The notes beneath the pieces were generated by a model. That model saw only the letters and a list, made by a program, of their open reading frames with translations. It was not told the origin of the DNA and did not search any database. The translations under genes were made by a program, and so were the position numbers. DNA of 64,000 bases from Gaiellales bacterium (GTDB lineage: Bacteria > Actinomycetota > Thermoleophilia > Gaiellales > Gaiellaceae): positions 9,568-73,567 of the forward strand of contig JBBSHO010000002.1 in the NCBI GenBank assembly GCA_038253005.1. Reading direction: 5' to 3'. Numbering within the stretch: position 1 is the stretch's first letter; each line of letters starts with the position of its first letter. Positions 1 through 7,932 of the stretch are shown here, piece by piece.

Positions 1-1085
1 TCGCCTGGCGCGCGATCTCGCACCTCGTCGGCTCCGCCGGGACGGGCGTCCACGCCACCTGGTTCGCGCTCGTCGTGATCGTGGTCGTGATCGCGGTCGA
101 CGTCAGCCGCACGGTCGTCTCGTGGCGGGGCGGCCGCCGGTACCGGAGCGCGGCGCTGCAGGCGAACGCCCTGCACTTCGCGAGCGACCTCGCCGGCTCC
201 TTCGCCGTCCTCGTCGGCCTGCTGCTCGTGCGCGCCGGCTATGCGCGCGCCGACTCGGCCGCCGCGCTCTTCGTCGCCGCGCTCGTCCTCCTCGCGGCGG
301 CGCGGCTGATGAGGCGGAACGTCGACGTCCTGATGGACCAGTCGCCCGCCGAGGCCGAGTTGGCCGCTCGAGGGGCGATCGCGGACGTCGAGCCGGCCGT
401 CGAGCTGCGGCGGCTGCGGATGCGCCAGGCCGGCGGGCGGCAGTTCGCGGACGTCGTGATCACCGTCTCGCCCACCGCGGCGGTCGGCCAGGGCCATGCC
501 GCGGCCGACCGGGTCGAGGCCGCCGTGCACGAGGCCCTGCCGGGAAGCGACGTCGTCGTCCACGTCGAGCCGCACGCCGGCGACGCGGAGATCCGCGAGC
601 GGACGCACGCGGCCGCGCTCGAGGTCCCGCGGGTCCGCGAGGTGCACAACGTCAGCATCCTCGACGTCGGCGGCCGCACCGAGGTCTCGCTCCACCTGAA
701 GCTTCCCGGCGAGCTGAGCCTCGAGGATGCGCACGAGGTCGCCTCCGCGGTCGAGCGCGCGATCGCCGAGGCCGTGCCCGAGGTGGACGACGTCCAGACG
801 CACCTGGAGCCGCTCGCGGAGGTCGGTGAGGGCAGGGCGCCGAGCGCCCGCGACGTGCGCGCCGACGACGAGCTGGTGCGCCGCATCGTCCGCGAGGCGA
901 CCGGCGGCGAGGTGCGGTCTCTGCGCTTCCTGGATACCGAGGACGGGCTGCTCGCGTATCTCACCCTCCGGCTCGACCCGTCCACCGACCTGGCCGAGGC
1001 CCACGAGCGAGCGAGCGAGATCGAGGAGCGCATCCGGCGCGAGCGTCCGGAGATCGCCGACGTGATCGTCCACACCGAGCCGTGA
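1..1085 (+). CDS. cation diffusion facilitator (CDF) family metal efflux protein, 5' end outside window, with three tandem cytoplasmic C-terminal domains
   Basis: The frame of ORF 75..1085 stays open to the window edge. It has the TM5-type H-x3-D motif (ALHFASDLA). Three successive ~75-aa segments follow, each ending V(H/T)hEP. Confidence 0.8.
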   Translation, partial: AWRAISHLVGSAGTGVHATWFALVVIVVVIAVDVSRTVVSWRGGRRYRSAALQANALHFASDLAGSFAVLVGLLLVRAGYARADSAAALFVAALVLLAAARLMRRNVDVLMDQSPAEAELAARGAIADVEPAVELRRLRMRQAGGRQFADVVITVSPTAAVGQGHAAADRVEAAVHEALPGSDVVVHVEPHAGDAEIRERTHAAALEVPRVREVHNVSILDVGGRTEVSLHLKLPGELSLEDAHEVASAVERAIAEAVPEVDDVQTHLEPLAEVGEGRAPSARDVRADDELVRRIVREATGGEVRSLRFLDTEDGLLAYLTLRLDPSTDLAEAHERASEIEERIRRERPEIADVIVHTEP

Positions 1086-1894
1086 GACTGTGCACGTTCA
1101 CGCCGATCGAGCTGGAGCTCGAGCGCGGCTGGCCCGGGATCATCGAAGGCGACACCGTCCACCAGCTCGCCGCGCAGACGTTGCAGGCGTTCTTCACCGG
1201 CGGTGGGACGGCGCGACGTCACGCGGAGTACCCGCTCGCGGGCGTGAGGCTGCTCGCGCCGATCCAGTCGCCGCCCTCCGTCCGCGACTTCTACGCCTTC
1301 GAGGAGCACGTGAAGACCGCCCGAGCGCTGCGCGGCCAGGAGGCGCCGGCGGAGTGGTACGAGCTGCCGGTCTTCTATTTCTCCAACCCGGCGGCGATCT
1401 ACGGGCCCGACGCGGACGTGCCGTATCCGGACGGGTCGGAGGAGCTCGACTACGAGCTGGAGGTCGCCGCCGTGATCGGCGCCGACGGCGAGATCGCCGG
1501 CTTCACCGTGATGAACGACTGGTCGGCGCGCGACCTGCAGCGGGCGGAGATGTGCGTCGGACTCGGACCGGCGAAGGGCAAGGACTTCGCCACGAGTCTC
1601 GGGCCTGTCGTCGTCACGCGGGACCAGCTCGACGGCTCCTCGGCGACGATGGTCGCACGCGTGAACGGCGAGGAGCGCTCGCGCGGAAACCTCTCCGACC
1701 TGCACCACTCCTGGGAAGCGATCGTCGCCCACGCGGCGCGAAACACGCAGCTCCGTCCGGGAGACATCCTCGGCTCGGGGACGGTGGGGACGGGTTGCAT
1801 CCTCGAGCATGGTGACGGCCGCTGGCTGCAGCGCGGCGACGTCGTCGAGCTCGAGGTCGAGGGGATCGGCGTGCTGCGAAACCGCATCGTCTGA
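1082..1894 (+). CDS. fumarylacetoacetate hydrolase (FAH) family protein
   Basis: The 270-aa ORF has FAH-fold motifs (LDYELEVAAVIG, GDILGSGT). The GTG start overlaps the upstream stop as GTGA. Confidence 0.85.
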   Translation: MRLCTFTPIELELERGWPGIIEGDTVHQLAAQTLQAFFTGGGTARRHAEYPLAGVRLLAPIQSPPSVRDFYAFEEHVKTARALRGQEAPAEWYELPVFYFSNPAAIYGPDADVPYPDGSEELDYELEVAAVIGADGEIAGFTVMNDWSARDLQRAEMCVGLGPAKGKDFATSLGPVVVTRDQLDGSSATMVARVNGEERSRGNLSDLHHSWEAIVAHAARNTQLRPGDILGSGTVGTGCILEHGDGRWLQRGDVVELEVEGIGVLRNRIV

Positions 1895-2037
1895 TTGGAA
1901 CATGTTCGCCGGGCAGTTCGCGCTTGCCGAAGCGCCGAATCTTCCCTGATCACCACTGACGCTCGGATCGGCCGTGCGGGCGGTCGCCGCGCCGAGAACG
2001 TGGCCTACCCGGGCGCGTAGACCCGGCTGGCGACGGA

Positions 2038-2043
2038 TATCCT
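2038..2043 (+). promoter_or_regulatory. -10-like hexamer TATCCT, 6 nt upstream of hmgA ATG (leaderless-type promoter)
   Basis: TANNNT in a GC-rich context at a fixed distance from the start. It is one of about 20 such cases in the window. Confidence 0.5.
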
Positions 2044-2049
2044 CCGGCC

Positions 2050-3261
2050 ATGCCCTTCTACCAGCGACTCGGCGAGGTCCCCCGCAAGCGGCATACGCAA
2101 TTCCGCGAGAACGGCGCCCTCCTGACCGAGGAGGTGCTCGGGCTCGAAGGCTTCTCCGGCAACGAGTCGATCCTCTACCACCTCCAGTCGCCGTGCCGGA
2201 TCAAGGAGCTCGGCGACTTCGAGCCGATCGAGCGCGACGAGTGGGTGCCCGACGCGCACGCGCACCGGCACTTCAAGACGATGGGCATGGACGCCGGCGG
2301 AGACCCGATCACGGGCCGGCGCCTCCTGATGTGGAACAACGACGTCGAGATCTCGCTCTGCCGCCCCGACGAGGCGATGGAGTACTTCTTCCGGAACGGC
2401 GAGGGCGACGAGGTGATCTTCGTGCACGAGGGCTCGGGGACGCTGGAGACCACGTTCGGCGATCTCCACTACGACCAGGGCGACTACGTCGTCGTCCCGC
2501 GCGGGACGACCTACCGGTTCCGGCCGGAGGGCGAGCAGCGCCACCTCGTCTTCGAGACACCCGGGTTGATCACGATCCCGAAGCGCTACCGCAACGAGCA
2601 CGGCCAGCTGATGGAGCACGCGCCGTACTACCACCGGGACATCCATCCGCCGACCGAGCTGCACACACACCCCGATCGCGGCGAGCACGAGGTGAAGGTG
2701 CGCGTGCGCGACGGCTACCAGACCTACGTCCTCGACTATCACCCCTTCGATGTCGTCGGCTGGGACGGCTACGTCTACCCCTGGACGTTCTCGATCCACG
2801 ACTTCGAGCCGATCACCGGGCGCATCCACATGCCGCCGCCCTCGCACCAGACCTTCGCGGGGCCGAGCTTCGTGATCTGCTCGTTCTGCCCGCGCAAGCT
2901 CGACTTCGATCCCGAGGCGATCCCGATCCCGTACCACCACTCGAATCTCCAGTCGGAGGAGATGATCTATTACGTCTCGGGCAACTTCGGCTCGCGCAAG
3001 GGGATCGAGGTCGGCTCGGTGACGCTCCACCCCTCGGGTCTGCCGCACGGGCCGCACCCGGGCCTCGCGGAGAAGTCGATCGGGATGACGGAGACGCACG
3101 AGCTCGCGGTCATGTGCGACACGTTCAATCCGCTGAAGCTCTCGAGCTGGGCGAAGAGCCTCGACGACGGCAAGTACGCCTATTCCTGGTACGAGGAGCC
3201 GTCCGACAACGGCGCCCGCGACGCCGACCAGGATCCGGCCGGCGTCACCTCGCATTTCTAG
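2050..3261 (+). CDS. hmgA: homogentisate 1,2-dioxygenase
   Basis: The 403-aa ORF has a family-typical N-terminus (YQRLGEVPRKRHTQF) and cupin core. An FAH-family gene is adjacent. Confidence 0.85.
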   Translation: MPFYQRLGEVPRKRHTQFRENGALLTEEVLGLEGFSGNESILYHLQSPCRIKELGDFEPIERDEWVPDAHAHRHFKTMGMDAGGDPITGRRLLMWNNDVEISLCRPDEAMEYFFRNGEGDEVIFVHEGSGTLETTFGDLHYDQGDYVVVPRGTTYRFRPEGEQRHLVFETPGLITIPKRYRNEHGQLMEHAPYYHRDIHPPTELHTHPDRGEHEVKVRVRDGYQTYVLDYHPFDVVGWDGYVYPWTFSIHDFEPITGRIHMPPPSHQTFAGPSFVICSFCPRKLDFDPEAIPIPYHHSNLQSEEMIYYVSGNFGSRKGIEVGSVTLHPSGLPHGPHPGLAEKSIGMTETHELAVMCDTFNPLKLSSWAKSLDDGKYAYSWYEEPSDNGARDADQDPAGVTSHF

Positions 3262-3873
3262 GTGCGACTCGTTCTGGACTGGGACGGGACGGTCTCCGAG
3301 GAGGACACCGGCTGGATGGTGCTCGAGCGATTCGGCGACCGAGAGGTGTTCATGCAGGCCGAGGGCCAGCTCGGCCCCGGCAAGCTGACGCTCAAGCAGG
3401 TGATGGAGCTCGAGTTCTCGAGCGTCCGCGCGCCGCTCGAGGAGGTGCGCGACTGGCTCGTCGAGGAGGTGCGGATCCGACCGGGGTTCTGCGAGCTCGC
3501 CGAACGCCACCGGCCGGTGATCCTCTCCAGCGGCTTTACGGAGCTGATCGAGCCCGTGCTCGCCCGCGAGGGGCTCGAGCTCGAGGTGCGCGCGAACAGC
3601 GTCGAAGCGGCGCCCGACGGCTGGCAGGTGCGCTGGCGCGACGAGGCGCAATGCGTGGAGTGCGGCGAGGCGTGCAAGCGCGGCTCGCTGCCGGACGGCG
3701 AGGTCGTGTACGTCGGCGACGGCTACTCCGACCGGTGCGCGGCGCTCTCCGCGGGCCGGGTTTTCGCGCGCGACGGTTTGGCCGACTACCTGGAGGAACG
3801 GGGCCTGCCGTTCGAGCCGTTCGAGGACTTCGTCGAGCTGGCGGCCGCCGTCGAGCCGCCCAGCCGGAGCTGA
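3262..3873 (+). CDS. HAD superfamily subfamily IB phosphatase (MtnX/PSP-like)
   Basis: Motif I DWDGT lies at residues 6-10 and motif IV GDGYSD near the C-terminus. The GTG start follows directly after the hmgA TAG. Confidence 0.75.
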   Translation: MRLVLDWDGTVSEEDTGWMVLERFGDREVFMQAEGQLGPGKLTLKQVMELEFSSVRAPLEEVRDWLVEEVRIRPGFCELAERHRPVILSSGFTELIEPVLAREGLELEVRANSVEAAPDGWQVRWRDEAQCVECGEACKRGSLPDGEVVYVGDGYSDRCAALSAGRVFARDGLADYLEERGLPFEPFEDFVELAAAVEPPSRS

Positions 3874-3904
3874 GGCCGGAAAGAAGGAGCCCGGCGGCGG
3901 CTCG

Positions 3905-3937
3905 GGCCATGTCCGGGGTCAGACCCCGGACATGGCC
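3905..3937. repeat. 33-nt perfect palindrome GGCCATGTCCGGGGTC-A-GACCCCGGACATGGCC (REP/terminator-like element, copy A)
   Basis: It has 16-bp arms read directly from the sequence and lies 3' of the hmgA-HAD operon. Related copies are at 24599 and 36957. Confidence 0.8.
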
Positions 3938-3952
3938 TTTAGGGTCGCGGCT

Positions 3953-4762
3953 GTGCCGCTGCTCCCCCTGCCGCAGCCGTATGACTTCGAGCTCTCGACC
4001 GAGCGCTTCCGCCGGTTCGGCCCCGACCTCGCGAGCCTCTGGCGTGACGGCGGGCTCCATCGGGTGATCGAGGGTCGGGAGGTGCGGATCGAGCCGGCGG
4101 CCGGGGGCGTCGGCGTCGAGCCGCTCGACGCGGCGACCGAGCCGACCGTGCGGAAGCTGCTCGGGCTCGAGCTCGGGGTCGACGGCTTCGTGGAGTTCGC
4201 CGCGGGGGAGCCGGTGCTCGCGCGGATCGTGCAGCGCCTCGCCGGCTTCCGGCCGCCGCTCGCGCCGGATCCGTTCGAGGCGCTCGTCACCTCGATCACC
4301 GCGCAGCAGGTCTCGCTCCAGTCGGCGTTCGCCGTCCGCAGTCGGCTCATCCTCCGCTTCGGCGAGCCGGCCGAGCACGCGGTGGCTTTCCCCACCGAGG
4401 AGCGTCTCGCCGCGGCCAGCGAGGAGGAGCTCGTCGAGGTCGGCTTCTCGCGCCGCAAGGCGGAGTACGCCGTCGGCCTCGCCCGCGCAACCCTCGACTA
4501 CGGCGAGCTCGAACGGCTTCCCGACGAGGAGGTCAAGGCGCGCATCTCTGCCCTTCGCGGCCTCGGCGAATGGACGGCCGACTGGTTCCTCGCGCGCCAC
4601 CTCGCCCGCCCCGAGGCATGGCCTGCCGGCGACCTCGGGCTGCGCAAGGCAGTGCTCGCCTTCTACCCTGACGTGACCGACGTCCGCGCCGCGGGCGTCC
4701 GCTTTCGCCCCTTCCAGAACCTGACCGCCCAGTACCTGCTGCTCGCGCACCGACACCCATGA
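3953..4762 (+). CDS. DNA-3-methyladenine glycosylase II family (HhH-GPD, AlkA-like)
   Basis: An HhH-GPD region is present (ITAQQVSL ... LRGLGEWTADWFL). The ORF track starts at ATG 3932, inside the palindrome. I prefer GTG 3953 because TAGGGT lies 7 nt upstream. Confidence 0.75.
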   Translation: MPLLPLPQPYDFELSTERFRRFGPDLASLWRDGGLHRVIEGREVRIEPAAGGVGVEPLDAATEPTVRKLLGLELGVDGFVEFAAGEPVLARIVQRLAGFRPPLAPDPFEALVTSITAQQVSLQSAFAVRSRLILRFGEPAEHAVAFPTEERLAAASEEELVEVGFSRRKAEYAVGLARATLDYGELERLPDEEVKARISALRGLGEWTADWFLARHLARPEAWPAGDLGLRKAVLAFYPDVTDVRAAGVRFRPFQNLTAQYLLLAHRHP

Positions 4763-5733
4763 CGATCCGACCCGCCACGCGCGAGGATCTGCCGGCGCTC
4801 GCCGAGCTCTGGCGCGCGTTCGCGGCCGAGATACCGCCCCCCGACTACGCCGCGTTCGACCCCGAGCGGGAGCTCCGCGAGATCGAGGAGATCGTGCGCG
4901 GCGCGATCGCTCTCGTCGCCGAGGAGGCGGGCGATCCCGTCGGCTTTGCGCTCGCGCGGAAGAAGGGACCGCGCCTGGGCTTCCTGAGCGACCTCTACGT
5001 CCGCCCCGAGGCCCGGCGGCTCGGTGTCGCGCGCGCCCTCGTGCGCGAGGTCGTCGAGCGGCTCCAGGCCGACGGCGTGGAGATGCTGGAGCTCGAGGTG
5101 AAGGAGTCGAACCGCGGCGCGAGCGCCATTTATCAGCGTTGGGGCTTACGCGAGACGCTGCTCACGCTCGCTGCGCCCGTCGCGGAGCTCGCCGGCCGGC
5201 TCGCGGAGGAGCAGCGGCCCGCCTCCTTCGGCTCGATCCACGTCCAGACCGACGACGAGCTCTCCGTCGAGCGCGCCGTCCGCCAGTTCGTGCCGCGCCT
5301 CGGGCGGAGTGCGGGCACCGAGGTCACGCCGGCCCGGAACGGCTGGATCTCCGTCTACGACGATCTCTGCAACCGCGACCGTAGCGCGCAACGGCGGCTC
5401 GCCGGCGAGCTCTCCGACCGGCTCGGAGCGGTGACCGTGGCGCTCGCCCAGGAGGAGGGCGCCGTCGTCCGTTTCCTCCTTTTCGAGCGCGGCCGCATGG
5501 TCGACGAGTACCTCTCCGTCCCCACCTACTACGGCCCGCTGAGCACGGCGGACGAGCTCTCGCTCGCTGCGAACCCGACCCTCGTCGCCCGGCTTACCGG
5601 CGCCGATCCGGCCCGCGTCCGCACGGTGGCCCGGATCGCGTCCGCCCCGGCGGAGCTGCCGCCGGCGCCCGAGCTCCTCGTGCAGATCGCCGGCCTGATG
5701 GGCCTCGAGGGCGCGGAGCGCGGCTACCAATAA
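4759..5733 (+). CDS. GNAT family N-acetyltransferase with ~180-aa C-terminal domain of unknown function
   Basis: The N-terminal ~135 aa carry the GNAT motif A (YVRPEARRLGVARALV). The start forms an ATGA overlap with the upstream stop. Confidence 0.75.
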   Translation: MTIRPATREDLPALAELWRAFAAEIPPPDYAAFDPERELREIEEIVRGAIALVAEEAGDPVGFALARKKGPRLGFLSDLYVRPEARRLGVARALVREVVERLQADGVEMLELEVKESNRGASAIYQRWGLRETLLTLAAPVAELAGRLAEEQRPASFGSIHVQTDDELSVERAVRQFVPRLGRSAGTEVTPARNGWISVYDDLCNRDRSAQRRLAGELSDRLGAVTVALAQEEGAVVRFLLFERGRMVDEYLSVPTYYGPLSTADELSLAANPTLVARLTGADPARVRTVARIASAPAELPPAPELLVQIAGLMGLEGAERGYQ

Positions 5734-5742
5734 GATCGAAGC

Positions 5743-6318
5743 GTGCTGACGCTCTACGACGCCGACCGGTGCCCGTACTGCGCGCGCGTGCGGATCGTGC
5801 TCGCCGAGAAGGGCGTCGAGTACGAGGCCGTCCCCGTCGATCTCTCCGACCGACCGGCCTGGATCTACGAGAGGAACCCGCTCGGCAAGGTGCCGGTGCT
5901 CGAGGACGATGCGTTCGTCCTACCGGAATCGGCCGTGATCGACGAGTATCTGGAGGAGCGGTACCCCGAGCCTCCTCTACTGCCGGCCGATGCGGCCGAG
6001 CGCGCACAGGCGCGGCTGCTCGTCAATGACTTCGATCGGCTCGGGGACGAGTACTACGCGCTACGGCGCGGGCAGGAGGGAGCGCGGGTGGGCCTCGACC
6101 GCCAGCTCGCCGCCCTCGACGCGCGGCTCGACGCCCAGCCGTTCCTGACCGGCCGCGCGTACGGCCTCGCCGACATCGCGTACGTGCCGTGGATCCTGCG
6201 GGCGCGCGACCGGATGGACGTGGAGCTCGATCGGTTCCTTGCGCTCGCGGCCTGGGTCGAGCGGCTCTCGGCGCGGCCGGCGATCGCGGCCGAGCTGGGC
6301 GTCGTCGCCACCCTGTGA
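5743..6318 (+). CDS. glutathione S-transferase family protein (thioredoxin-like N-domain, CPYC)
   Basis: The 191-aa ORF has a CPYC motif, KVPVL and a GST C-terminal helical domain. TAAGAT lies 6 nt upstream of the GTG. Confidence 0.8.
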   Translation: MLTLYDADRCPYCARVRIVLAEKGVEYEAVPVDLSDRPAWIYERNPLGKVPVLEDDAFVLPESAVIDEYLEERYPEPPLLPADAAERAQARLLVNDFDRLGDEYYALRRGQEGARVGLDRQLAALDARLDAQPFLTGRAYGLADIAYVPWILRARDRMDVELDRFLALAAWVERLSARPAIAAELGVVATL

Positions 6319-6416
6319 CGGTCGTCCTGCCGCACGCGCCGCAGCTCGACGAACGGATGTGGGAGCCTCAGCGCGAGCTGCTCGCCGGTCGCGAAGGGTT
6401 CCTCGCGCGTGACTGA
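6315..6416 (+). pseudogene. 33-codon relic resembling the N-terminus of an alpha/beta hydrolase
   Basis: VTVVLPHAPQLDERMWEPQRELLAGREGFLARD* resembles the VVLLHG..D.RMW N-terminal pattern. The start forms a GTGA overlap with the GST stop, and the 3' end overlaps the rhodanese start. Confidence 0.3.
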
Positions 6417-7194
6417 GCTGCCCGCGGTGGTCGACGCGGCATGGCTCGCGGCGAGCCTCGGCGAGGCGGATCTCTACCTCGGCGACGTGCGCGGCCCGAA
6501 CGCCCACGCCCGCGGGCACATCCCGGGGTCGCGGCCGCTCGTGCTCGGCTCCCCGCCGCCGCTCGCGGATCGCACGACGCTCGAGGCGCTTGCGCCGGAG
6601 GTCGGTCTGCGCCTGCGCCGGCACGGCCTCACCGGCGAGGAGCGGCTCGTCCTCTACGACCGCGGCGACGGCGTCGGCGCGATGCCCTCGGCGCAGATGG
6701 CCGAGCTCGCGGGACATCCGCGCGTGGCCGTCCTCCTGGGCGGGATCGCCGCCTGGCCGGGCGAGCTCGAGGTCGGGCCCGTCGAGCTCGAGCCGGGGAA
6801 GGCGCGGTTCGAGCCGCGGCTGGAGGCCGTGCCGACGCGGGAGGAGCTGGCCGGTCGCCTCGACGACCCGGACCTGACGATCCTGGACGTGCGCACCGAG
6901 GACGAGTTCAGCGGTCGCCAGGGCTATCCATGCGATCCGCGCCAGGGCCGGATTCCCGGTGCGCGTCACGTCCACGTCGAGCGGCTCTTCGCAGGACCGG
7001 GACAGCCCCTCTCCGCGGATCAGCTGCGTGAGCTCGTCGGCGACGCCGGGGAGATCGTGGCCTACTGCCACTCCGGCTCGCGCTCGGCCCTCGCCACGCT
7101 CGCACTGCGCTCCGCGGGATACGACGCCCGGAACTATCCCGGATCGTGGCACGACTGGTCCCGCCACGAGGAACTGCCGCTGGATCAGGGTTGA
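6409..7194 (+). CDS. thiosulfate/3-mercaptopyruvate sulfurtransferase (tandem rhodanese domains)
   Basis: There are two rhodanese modules, and the second carries the active-site loop CHSGSRS. Confidence 0.8.
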   Translation: MTELPAVVDAAWLAASLGEADLYLGDVRGPNAHARGHIPGSRPLVLGSPPPLADRTTLEALAPEVGLRLRRHGLTGEERLVLYDRGDGVGAMPSAQMAELAGHPRVAVLLGGIAAWPGELEVGPVELEPGKARFEPRLEAVPTREELAGRLDDPDLTILDVRTEDEFSGRQGYPCDPRQGRIPGARHVHVERLFAGPGQPLSADQLRELVGDAGEIVAYCHSGSRSALATLALRSAGYDARNYPGSWHDWSRHEELPLDQG

Positions 7195-7892
7195 GCGGCC
7201 GCGCCAACCCGCTCGGCCACCTCGACGAACGCTCCGCAGAGCTCCCGGCCGAGCTCGTTCCAGCCTGCGATCCGCTCGCGGGTCTCCGCCAGCAAGGCCT
7301 CTGCGTCGACCGGAACCTCGTCCTTGTCGTCGACCCAGCCCTGCACCTGCTCGAGCGTCACCTCTGGATGGAACTGCACTCCCCAGGCGCTCGCACCGAG
7401 CCGGAAGGCCTGGGTGCAGGTCGCGCTGCGTGCGAGCTCGTCGGCGCCGGCCGGGAGGCCGTGGGTGTAGTAGTGCCACTGGAACGCGTCGAAGCGGCGC
7501 GGGAGCCGCGCGAAGAGCTCGTCGTCTCTCGCCGCGGCGGCCAGCTCGACCTCGTACCAGCCGATCTCGAACCGCGAGGCGGGATGAACCGAGGCGTGCG
7601 CTGCCTTGGCAAGGAGCTGCGCGCCGAGGCAGATCCCGAGCACCGGCGTCCCGAGGCCGAGCAGGCGCCGGAGAAAGAGGTTCTCCTCTCGCAGCCACGG
7701 ATGGTGAGCGTCCTGGTCGGCGTGCATCGCGCCGCCGAAGACGAGCACCGCGCCGTAGGCGTCGAGCGGCCGGGGCGGCGGCGTTCCCCAGGCCGGGCTC
7801 CACTCCTCGAGGCGATGTCCGCGCCCGGACACCACGTCGCCGAACACGCACGCTCGCACCTGCTCTCCGTGGATGACCGCGAGCACGTCCAT
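7185..7892 (-). CDS. class I glutamine amidotransferase (GMP-synthase-like GATase1 domain protein)
   Basis: It has the nucleophile elbow GICLGAQLL and VQFHPE. The internal ATG at 7892 (MDVLAVIHG) was chosen because the N-terminal 92 aa of ORF 7185..8168 look like junk, and TAGAGT lies 7 nt upstream. Confidence 0.75.
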   Translation of the reverse strand: MDVLAVIHGEQVRACVFGDVVSGRGHRLEEWSPAWGTPPPRPLDAYGAVLVFGGAMHADQDAHHPWLREENLFLRRLLGLGTPVLGICLGAQLLAKAAHASVHPASRFEIGWYEVELAAAARDDELFARLPRRFDAFQWHYYTHGLPAGADELARSATCTQAFRLGASAWGVQFHPEVTLEQVQGWVDDKDEVPVDAEALLAETRERIAGWNELGRELCGAFVEVAERVGAAAQP

Positions 7893-7932
7893 CGGGGTGA
7901 CTCTAGCGCCGGCGGATCCGGCCGGAGATGAG

